Part shown: positions 53,953 through 64,000 of the stretch, piece by piece
How positions within the stretch are numbered: position 1 is the stretch's first letter
Layout of the letters: every line of letters begins with the position of its first letter
NCBI GenBank assembly: GCA_026770705.1
Contig: JANJGN010000022.1
Span: forward strand, 3,038,001 to 3,102,000
Source: Isurus oxyrinchus
Taxonomy: Eukaryota
DNA: 64,000 nt
Direction: 5' to 3'
Made by a program: the position numbers and the translations under genes
The notes under the pieces: generated by a model
The model's database searches: none
Told to the model about the DNA's origin: nothing
Seen by the model: only the letters and a program-made list of their open reading frames with translations

Positions 53953-53991
53953 AGTTCTGAAGAAGAGTCATACAGACTTGAAACGTTAACT
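53953..53991 (+). ncRNA. Minimal type I hammerhead ribozyme motif in a Penelope-type terminal repeat
   Basis: AGTT-CTGAAGA-A-GAGTC-ataca-GACTT-GAAA-CGTT-AACT: stem I, CUGANGA core, stem II, GAAA, palindromic ACGU stem III. Confidence 0.6.
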
Positions 53992-54164
53992 CTGTCTTTC
54001 TCTCCACAGAGGCTGTCAGACCTGCTGAGTTTTTTCAGCAAGTTTTGTTTTTATTTCAGGTTTCCAGCACCAGCAGTATTTTGCTTTTATCTGAAATACA
54101 ACTGAGCCGTTTGCTCCCACAGCAGTCACTACGCTTCAAAATGACTTTATTGGCTGCAAACATA

Positions 54165-55490
54165 GGAACAGGAAGAGGCCATTTGGCCCCTTGAGTTTAC
54201 GCCATCATTCAATGCTGATCTGTGACCTAACTCCAGATACTTGCTGTCACCCCATATTAGACAAAAAAACTTATTGATTTCAGATTTATATTACCAACTG
54301 ATCTCACGTCAGTTCCCATTTGTGGAAGAGAGTTCCAAACTCCCCCCACTCTGTGTATAGAGGTGTTTCCTAATCTCACTCCTCAAAGGTCTGGTTCTAA
54401 TTTTTAGACACTGCCCCCTAGCCCTGGTCTCCCCAAGCAGTGGAAATAGTTTCTATCTATCCTATCCAATCCCATTAAAATCCTGAAAATTTCAATCAGT
54501 TCTCCCCATAACCTTCTAGTTTGTGTAATCGCTCCTTGTGATTTAACTCTCGAAGTCCAGGTTTCATTCTGGTAAATCTACACTGTGCTCCCTCTGAGGC
54601 CAATATATCCTTGCTAAGATGCCCAGAACTGCTCACAGTAACTCCAGATGTGATCTAACCAGGTCTTTGTATTGCTGAAGTATGATTCAACCTCCTTGTA
54701 TTCTAGTCTCCAGCTATAAAGGCCAGCGTTCCATTAGTCTTTTTCATTATTTTCTGTTCCTGTTTATGACTTTTTAATGATCTGTTTACCTGAACCTCTA
54801 ATTTTTTTGAACCATCCCTGTTTCTAGTTTGTCACCATTTTGAAAGTATCCTGTTCTATACTTTTCAGGTCCAAAGTGGGTGACCTCACATTTTTCAATG
54901 TTGAAATTCATTTGTCCCAGTTTTTCCCATTCACTTAATCTATCAATATCTCTATAATTCTATGCTTCCATGTACACCGCAAAGCCGCTTATCTTTGTGT
55001 CACTGGTAAATTTGGGATATGTGGCTTTTTATCCTGTTATCTAACTCATTAATAAATATGGTGAATGGTTGAGGCCCCAACACAGATCCTCATGAGCCAC
55101 CACTAATCACATCCTGCCAATTCAAGGACCTGCCTGTTATCCTACTCTCTGTCTCCTGTCATACAGCCAGTTTCCTAACCAGGTCAATAATCTGCTTTCA
55201 ATTCCATCAACTCCAACTCCAATTCTTATGAGGAACTTTATCAAATGCCTTCTGGAAGCCCACATAAATAACATCCATTAACATTCCCCTTTCATCACCT
55301 CTTCAAAAAATCATCAGGCATGACAAATCCACACTGGCTCTAATCAGCTGAAGAATTAAAGTGTTCAGTCACCCTATCCTTTCATTATAGGCTCTAGTAA
55401 TTTCCCAAAAACAGGTGGTTGGCTAACTGGTCTATAATTCCTCGTTTCCCCCTCTCACCCATCTTAAATAGGGGAATGATATGTGCAATT
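54165..55490 (-). mobile_element. Older degenerate CR1 LINE
   Basis: Nucleotide similarity along its length to 52372-53930. Confidence 0.7.
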
Positions 55491-56362
55491 TGGCTGTAAA
55501 TTGTTTTGGAATTTCTTTGAATGATTTCTTTGAAATCAAACTTCTTTGGATTGACCCAAAAACTTCACTAACTTTAGGGAAGGAAACCTGCCATCCTTAT
55601 TTGGTCTGGCTTTATATGTGATTCCAGTCCCGCACCAACATGGTCAACTTTTAAATTTAAACAGCTTACCACCACCTTTACAGGGCAACTAGGAATAGAC
55701 TATAAATGCCAGTGATGCCCACATCTCAAGCATTGACAGCAACTTATATGTATATAGCATCTTTAATGCAATAAAACATCCCAAAGCACCTCACAGGAGT
55801 ACAATAAAACAAAATGTCACTCGGAGTCACATTAGAAGACCTTAGGTCAGGCGACCAAAAGCTTGGTCAAAAAGGTAGATTTTAAGGAGTGTCTTAAAGG
55901 AGGAAAATGAAGTAAAGTGGCAGAGAGGTTTAGGGAGGAATTCCAGAGCTTGTGGCCCAGGCAACTGCAAATATTAAAACCAATGAATTCAATTTCAAAA
56001 CATATCATAAATGGATTTGAACTTATGGGTTACTGGTCATATCATCCTATACCATTCAGCCATATACAGCTGGTAGGAGTTAGTGGATTGAGATCAGGAG
56101 CAAGGGAACTGATTGATGTTTGTCCCAATTATTGCAGTTGTAGTTCTCCCTCCTGCTGCCCCCTAGCTGGATTCAACTAACTCAACACAGAACAGGATCA
56201 AAACTGGGATCTTCCTGTTCTGTGACACTCAGTACCACACCGATGAGACAATGCAGCCACTGACCTACTTGAAGGAGCTCTGGCACCAGCTTTAAGATTC
56301 TCCAGACATCAGCTGTGCAGCTCCAAGTCAATGGATAGTGTGGTACAGAACTGTAAACTCAC

Positions 56363-56468
56363 CTCATGAATTGTTTCCTTGTCTCTGCTGCTGCTGAGGG
56401 CTCATCACTCAGGTCAATGTGGTTACTGAGGGTATCCTCCCCAAGAAACTCTTGATCTTCATCCAGCA
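56363..56468 (-). CDS. ABCC3: ABCC3 exon 20 (LDEDQEFLGEDTLSNHIDLSDEPSAAETRKQFMR; NBD1-TMD2 linker)
   Basis: 106 nt, cacag|...AG|gtgagt, phase 1 to 2; EDTLSNH.DL..KQFMR is characteristic of MRP3 (from memory). Confidence 0.9.
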
Positions 56469-56855
56469 CTGTGGTACAAGGAAGCGGTTTAGTCACAATA
56501 GGAGAGAATCAGGCAGCGCTCTCCTGAGCAAGTAGTTACATGGTGTGAACATAGCAGAATCCTGTAACACTGGCCATGGAGAACCTTGCTGCAGGGACTG
56601 CATGGGGCAGTCACTTTGCTGTTGGCTGATAAGCTGGTTCAAAACTGACTAAAGATTGAAATTTCCATAGTGTGTTGATTTTGAACAGCATGAGACAGGA
56701 CAGTGGGAGAGTCACTGGTTCAGGGGAAAGTTCTGGATTAGAGAACATTTACTGGGAGACCAGCTGGTAACACTCCCTCCATCACTGAAACACAAATCAA
56801 TAGGAACACACTGCAGAGAACTGAATGCAGCCTTAGCTTGGCCTTCACTCAGCTC

Positions 56856-57445
56856 AGAAGGAGGGGGAGAGGGAGGGAGATGGAGGGTGGAGAGAGAGGG
56901 GGGGGAAGAGAGAGAGAGAGAGAGAGAGAGAGATGGGGAAGAGAGAGAGGGGGGAAAGAGAGAGGGGGGGAAGAGAGAGAGGGGGGAAAGAGAGAGGGGG
57001 GAAGAGAGAGGGGGGAAAGAGAGAGGGGGGGGAAGAGAGAGAGGGGTTGGAAGAGAGAGAGGGGGGGAAGAGAGAGAGAGAGGGGGGAGAGAGAGAGAGG
57101 GGGGAGAGAGAGAGAGAGGGGGGGAGAGAGAGGGGGGGAAGAGAGAGAGGGGGGGAAGAGAGAGAGGGGGGAAGAGAGAGAGGGGGGAAGAGAGAGAGGG
57201 GGGAAGAGAGAGAGGGGGGAAGAGAGAGAGAGGGGGGGAAGAGNNNNNNNNNNNNNNNNNNNNNNNNNNNNNNNNNNNNNNNNNNNNNNNNNNNNNNNNN
57301 NNNNNNNNNNNNNNNNNNNNNNNNNNNNNNNNNNNNNNNNNNNNNNNNNNNNNNNNNNNNNNNNNNNNNNNNNNNNNNNNNNNNNNNNNNNGAGGGGGGG
57401 GGAAGAGAGAGAGGGGGGGGAGAGAAAGAGAGAGAGCGAGAGACA
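56856..57445 (+). repeat. Purine-only GA/GGGGGGAA repeat with N gap
   Basis: Visible. Confidence 0.95.
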
Positions 57446-58932
57446 GAACCAGTGAACACCCTGACTAATGCCTTGTGTTAAGTGACCTTTAAAAGTAACA
57501 TCGTCACATAATGATTTTACTGACAATCTGGCTCTCACTAAAGTGTGGCTCAGTGGGCACTGGGAGACCTCCAGGAATGGACTTTCAGCTTGCCAAGCAG
57601 GTGATAAAGATCAGTCCTCCATCACAATAATTGCCCAGTTTTAAGTTCTGTTGAATCCCCAGCCTCCTCGTCCTCCCTGATTTCCTGCTGCTCAGCATTG
57701 TCAGCATTCAGGGGTCTGTGAACGGTTTTTGTTGTCGCTTCACAATTTGCCCTTGACCCTTTGGTGAAAATAGTTTTTTTTTGACTTTGCGCTCTCGGTA
57801 GGTAGCCTCACCTAAACAGAGCAAGTACCAGGAGCCTAACCACACCCTGGCACTTGCCAGCGTTCAAAGACCTGTGCCGTGGGTCAATGAATCTACTCAC
57901 CGAGGGAGACAAGAGTCCGAAAACTACCTCAAAACACGTGTGAAAATAACAGCACTAGGGTGACACAAGTCAAGCCTCTTTGATGCCAACGCCACACTTG
58001 CCCCGAGATCAGCACCCTGCTCACCCAGTCTGCATGGAAATCTGGACCAGGGTTCCCTCTAACTTGTCTTTGCTGTGTGTGACAGGTTTGTTATAATGTG
58101 TGGTTCCTTTAAGATTACATGCACGGATCTTAAAGGAAATGCCATTAGTATGCAGCCTAATTTTTCCCCATGTGGCATATTTCCAATTGCTATGTGGCTG
58201 AGTGCCCATGAGCTCGGGGGAACATTGACCTGGAACGAATAACTGCAGAGTCACAAACCTTTATCATCCTGAAAATCATCTGCTGCATTGGGTGGGGGTT
58301 GGGGAGGGTGAAGTGGTAGAGGGGAAGGAGAAAGGCACAAAGAGATCAGTTATAATCTGGCTGAGAGTTGAAATTTAAAGCAGCCTGCCACCTGCCTGTC
58401 TGCTCCTAAAGATGCAGCGTAGTGAGATGGGATTACCAGAAACCAGCCCCTCCCCCTGTGCACCACAATTCCTTTGATGACTGCTTTTGATCAGCTGTTC
58501 TGCCCCTCTCTTCCCACCCATCCCATTTAATCACAGAATCTTACAAAGCAGAATGAGACCATTCAGCACTGTGCTGGCTCTTTGAAAGAGCTATCCAATT
58601 AGTCCCCACTCATCTCTGCTCTTTCCACATAGGCCTGCAATTTCCTCCTTTTCAAGTAAGTTCCCCTTTTGACACGGTTACGAATGAATCTGCTTCCACT
58701 GCCCTTTCAGGCAGCGCATTTTAGATCACAACAACTCAAGTGTGGAAAAATATTCTCATTCCCACCTGTTTTTTTAAACCAATTACTAGTTACCAATGTT
58801 TCTATCACTGAAAATACTTTCTCCTTATTTACCTCATCAAAGACCTTCACGATTTTGAACACCTCTATCAAATCTCCTTTAACACCCTGCTGCAAGGAGG
58901 ACAATACCCAGTACAGCAAGTAATTGGGAAAG

Positions 58933-61900
58933 TGAAGTATAAAAAACAGAAGGTTCCTTTATTCCTTATTCTACACCAGAGGGCAATACATCCAGGACTT
59001 AGCACACCCTACTGTCAGGTTTTCTTTATATAACACTTCTTTTTAACTAAAATGTCCTTTAAAAAAAAAAGGGCATAAATGTTAAACACAAACATTACAT
59101 CTCCTCCCCCTTTAGCCAGGAACAAATCGGTCAGGCGGTTTGCAGATTCGCTTTGGTCTAGAGAAGGATGTTGGGTTAGGTGCTTGGAAATGGGAGGTTC
59201 TGCTATTCCACTTGTTTCTGTTCAGGTTCAACAGTCACAGCCACAGGTGCCACAGGTTTGTCAGTTGAGTCGAGCCGGGTTTCACCAACTGGAGCAGATG
59301 TTTCCCATAAATCTTCCACTGTAACTGGAGATCTCTGGAAATTTGGTTCCTTGGATTTGGCTTCTCTAATCTGGTCAGTGTGTCTCTTCCAGATTCCACA
59401 GGAAGATTTAACATCATAGGTCAGTGGTCCTCGACATTGATGATTCTTCCCAGGAGCCACTTTGGTGTCCCACAGTAATTTTGGACCCAAACAGACTGAT
59501 CCAGACTGAACTCATGAGCTGGTTTACTTGTGTCATGTGACCTTTTCTGATCAAGTTGCCTTGAACCAATCTTTCCTTTCAAATCCAGACACAGCAAATC
59601 CATTCTGGTCCGCAGGCGTCTTCCAAACATCAGCTCAGCAGGAGATGCGCCTGTTGCTGAATGTGCAGTGTTACAGTACATCATCAAAACATTCTTTAGG
59701 TTCAACTTCCAGTCTGTCTGCACCCTCCCCTTCACTACGGCCGTTTTGAATATCTGGACAAAGTGCTCCGCTTCATTATTTGAGGATGGGTGGTAAGGCA
59801 ATATGAGAATCTACTTGATCCCAATGTTCTTCAGGAATGTCCGAAATGATCTGAACTGTGTGCCATTGTTAGACACAACGTGCTCCAGCAATCCAAAAGC
59901 AGCGAACACATTCCGGAGGGCATCAATGGTCTTTGCTGAAGTAGTCAACTTCATGGGAACAACATGAGGTCACTTTGTGAGGGCATCCACCACAATCTGG
60001 AACGTGTGTCTGAGAAGTGGTCTAGCAACGTCCACATGAAGTCTCTGCCGTAGGTGATCAGGCCAAGCCCACTGATGTAATGGGGCAGGTGCAGGAGAAG
60101 ACTTCATTTCTTGGTATGGAAGGCAACACTGACCATACCTTTGATGTCTTTATCCAGGCGTGGCCACCATACATGTAGACGATGCTTTCATTTTGACGAT
60201 TCCCATGTGACTGAGGTGAAGTTCTTCTAACACTCATGTTTGGGATTTTGGAGGAACAACAACTCTGGTTCCCCATAACAAACAACTGTCTTGCAGAGTC
60301 AGCTCACACCTACACATGTAGTAAAGCTTAACAGAAGTGAGCGCTTGCTTGAGTTCCTTAAAACTTTCCTGACAGGCTTGTGACCAATCCCATTTTGTAT
60401 TCTTCTTCAGCAGTTTATTCGGTGGTGCTGCCTTGGTAGCCAAACTGGAAATGAACTTGCCGTAGTAATTCACAAGTCCCAAAAATGAACGAAGCTCCTT
60501 AACACTTCTGGGCTGTAGTGCATTCACTACTGCCTCCACCTTTCTGGGTGAGGTTGAGAGGCCAGTTTCATCGATCACATGTCCCAGGTATTCCACTGAG
60601 GGCTTCAGGAACGAGCATTTGGATTTCTTACAGTGGATGCCGTATTTTTCCCATCTATGTAGGACCCTTCTTAGGTTCTCTAAATGAGCTGGGAGGTTTT
60701 TCCTGGTGATGAGCATGTCGTCTTGGAAGCAGATTACACCAGGGAGGCCCTGCAGTATTTTGTCCATGGCTTGCTGGAAAAAGGCTGGTGATGACACGAT
60801 TCCAAATGGTAATTGTTTGTATTGATACAGACCTGTTTGTGTGCTGATAGTTGTATACTTCAATACTCTGCGCAATCTCAAACGCTTTCTTCAGTGTCAA
60901 CTCTTGCTCCGTTAACAATCTACACAGTTCTTTCACTTTAGTCCACAAACCAAATGAACATGCAATGCTTCTTCCAGGTAACCTTTAAAGTCACAATGTT
61001 CCTGGAATTTCCACTCAGCTGCATTTGCAAAAATGCCTGTGATAAGTCAAGCTTTGTGAATAATCCACCTCCATTCAGAGCAGCGAACAGGTCAATTTCC
61101 ATTAGCGGGTACTGATACACTTCCAGGAAAGGATTAATGATGATTTTCTAGTTACCACATATTCTGATAGACCCATCATCCTTTAATACTGGGACTTTTG
61201 GAGCTGCCCACTCTGCATAATCAGCTTCTCAATTATCTGAAAGTTTTCAGGTTGTTCTAGCTCCTGCTCGATTTTCTGTTGCATTGAGTTGGGAACTGAA
61301 CGTGGTTTGAAGAACCTTGGAGAAGCTTTGGCCTTCACAGCAAGTTTGGCTTCAATGTCTTTAATAACTCCAAGACCTTCTTTGAAGACATCAGTATGCT
61401 TGTCTAACAAGGACTGCAACATGGGGCTGCAATGCAATTTATTTTATTCCAGTCCAGCCGAATTTCTCTTATCCAGTTCCTGCCTATAAGTGATGGATGA
61501 TCTCTTTTCACAATGATAAGAGGCAACCTTGCTATTTGATCTCCATATTCAGCTTGAATGGGCATTTTTCCAAGAATATTCACAGGCTCACCAGTGTAGG
61601 TGCTAAGCTGGAGGAGGGTTTTCTCCAAAGGGTATTTCTTGAAAATTTTCTCCCATGTCTTCACTGTAACCATAAAAACAGATGCTCCAGTGTCAACCGT
61701 TTTACCATTTAAAGCAATGCCAACTTTTAGTCCTTCGTCTAGTTTCAGATCAGACTGAATGCAATACAATTGCTCTTCTGCATTGTTGCTGTTAGTTTCA
61801 CTTTCTGTCTTGTCTGGACTCACATTACTTTTGTACTTGTTTCCAAGTAATTTGTCTTTTTAAACTGCCGGTTTATTTTCAAGTGCGACTTGTCTGTGTG

Positions 61901-62873
61901 CTCCTCACGATGCCTTTTTCTTGGTGGTACTGTTTTACTGTGATCAGCCTTTGATCCACATGCACGCTGTATGTGTCCTTTTTTCCCCCATAATAGCGAC
62001 AATCAGCGGTTTTCCACTTACAGGCTTCTGCAGTATGCCCTATTCCATTACAGCGATAACATGTTTGAAGGCGAATATACTCTGACTTTACTATTTTAAC
62101 TTCAACATTGTTAGAATGCGCTTTTAAATCTCCAGCTTGTTTCTCTGCCATTTCTATGCTTTGCGCAATCTCGAACACTTCCTTCAGTGTCAACCTTTGC
62201 TCCACAAACAATCTACACTGAATTCTCTCATTTCTTAGTCCACGAACCAAGTGATCATGCAACGCTTCTTGCAGGTAACCTTCCTGTCATAATCTTCCGC
62301 TAATTTTCTCAACTCAGCCGGGAACTGGGAGATTGACATTCTCATGCTGTTCTCTTCAGTGAAACTTGAATCTCTCAATAATTGCTGGCCTGGGACTGAA
62401 GCGTTTTTTAAAAACGTCCACAAGCTCTTTAAAGCTTTTATCTGCTGGCTTGTCAGGAGCAAGGAGATTTCTCAGTAAAGTGAAATTTTTCATTCCGATG
62501 ACTGAGGCCTGCTTTTCCTTTTCAATCCCATTCACAATGAAAAACTGTTCCATTTGCTCCACATCAACTACAAAGTCCACAGTAGCTGGATCAAAAGCCT
62601 CTAATAATGATGATCCCATCCTCTTTGCCATTTGAAATGTTTTGTCACTTCTTAACAATGAAACACACACATGCATACACACACGCACCTATCTGCTTCT
62701 GAACCCCAGATTCCTGTGTAAAAAAACAGAAGGTTCCTTTATTCCTTATTCTACACCAGAGGGCAATATATCCGGGACTTAGCACACCCTACTGTCAGGT
62801 TTTTTTATATAGCACTTTTTAACTAAAATATCCTTTTACACAAAAGCATAAAACATTAAACACAAACATCACA
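58933..62873 (-). mobile_element. Decayed Ty3/Gypsy LTR retrotransposon inserted in a CR1 fragment; LTRs ~62715-62873 and 58933-59099
   Basis: ~160-bp direct repeats with TG..CA ends; PPT at 59100-59115; near-TSD GAAAG/GTAAG; gag CCHC CYRCNGIGHTAEAC, protease VDTGAS, RT FQDD, integrase PYHPSSN. Confidence 0.92.
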
Positions 62874-64000
62874 GTAAGCTAATAGAATGTTATCATTTAT
62901 TGTGACGGGAACTGATTACAAAAGTAGGGAGGTTATACTTCAGTTGTACAGGGCATCGCTGAGACCACATCTGGAGTTTTGTGCACAGTACTGGTCTCCT
63001 TATTTAAAGGACGGTGTAAATGTGTTAGAAGCAATTCTGAGAAGGTTTACTAGGCTAATGCCAGGAGTGGGCGGGTTGGCTTATGAGGAAAGGTTGGACA
63101 GGTTAGGCTTGTATCCACTGGAGTTTAGAAGAGTCAGAGATGACTTGATTGAAACACAAGAACCTGAGGGTGTTGACAGGGTAGATGCGAAAAGGTGTTT
63201 CCTCTTGTGGGAGAATCTAGAACTAGGGGTCACTGTTTAAAAATAAGGGGTCGCTCATTTAAGAGAGAGATAAGGAGAAAGTTTTTCTCTGAGGGTCATG
63301 AGTTTTTGGAATGGTCTTCCTCAAAAGGTGGTGGAAGCATAGTCTTTGAATATTTTTTAAGGTAGAGCTAGATAAATTCTTGGTTAACAAGGGGTGAAAG
63401 GTTATCGGGGTAGGCAGGAATATGGGGTTCAGGCTACGATCAGATTGGCCATTATCAAATTGAATGGCAGAGCAGGCTCAAGGGGCTGAGTAACCCACTC
63501 CTGCTCCTGAATTGTATGTTTGAATGTACATATGTATGTTCATATATCCCTGCACCCTCTCCAAGGCCTTGACATCCTTTCTAAAGTAAGAAGTCCAGAA
63601 TTGGACACTATTCAAGCTGAGCAGTGTTTTCTAAAGGTTTAGCATAATTGCCTTGTATCTGTACTCTATTCTTCCATTACTTCTATTCTAAACTTTGAAC
63701 AGTTTTGGTCCCTTTATCTAAGGAAAGATATACTGGAAGGGAGGCAGTCCAGAGAAGGTTCACTGGGTTGATCCTGGGTATGGAGGGATTTTCTTATGAG
63801 GAGAGGTTGAATCGATTGGGCCTGTACTCATTGGAGTTTAGAAGAATGAGAAGTGACCTTATTGAAACATATGAGATTCTTAGGGGTTCGACAGGGTAGA
63901 TGCTGAGAGGTTGTTTCTCCTTGTGGGAGAGTCCAGGGCCAATGGGCATAATCTCAGAGTAAGGGGTCACCCACTTAAAACTGAAATGAAGAGGAATTTC
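62874..64000 (+). mobile_element. CR1 LINE 3' fragments
   Basis: LRPHLEFCAQYWSPYLK and YEERLNRLGLYSLEFRRMR. Confidence 0.85.

Noticed and set aside
56838-57538. Long ER/G-rich and LSP-rich ORFs
   Set aside because: Purine repeat with an N gap.

Overview
Vertebrate genomic DNA; the repeat content (CR1/L2 LINEs, Deu-SINEs, Penelope elements, 33- and 69-bp satellites) points to a cartilaginous fish such as a shark (inference). Two genes lie tail-to-tail. LUC7L3 is on the + strand (coding exons 2-10 at 1653-12718, with an alternatively spliced 3' region to about 18900). The 3' half of an MRP-type ABC transporter, most likely ABCC3/MRP3, is on the - strand (exons ~20-31, human numbering, at 56468-19993). 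The main observation: the ABCC3 exon encoding roughly TM13-TM15 of TMD2 plus the 'FF..TP.GRI.NRF..D...ID' cytoplasmic loop is present as three tandem, divergent copies (48823-49134, 37063-37376, 35495-35808). All have matching splice phases, and the frame is kept only if exactly one is used. This looks like a mutually exclusive exon cluster that swaps substrate-cavity helices, as in Drosophila MRP. Also present: a candidate 51-nt LUC7L3 cassette exon; a hairpin between alternative LUC7L3 3' donors; short Penelope-derived, TSD-flanked elements carrying minimal hammerhead ribozyme motifs; a decayed Gypsy LTR element; and several minisatellites. All calls were made by reading the sequence; no searches were run.
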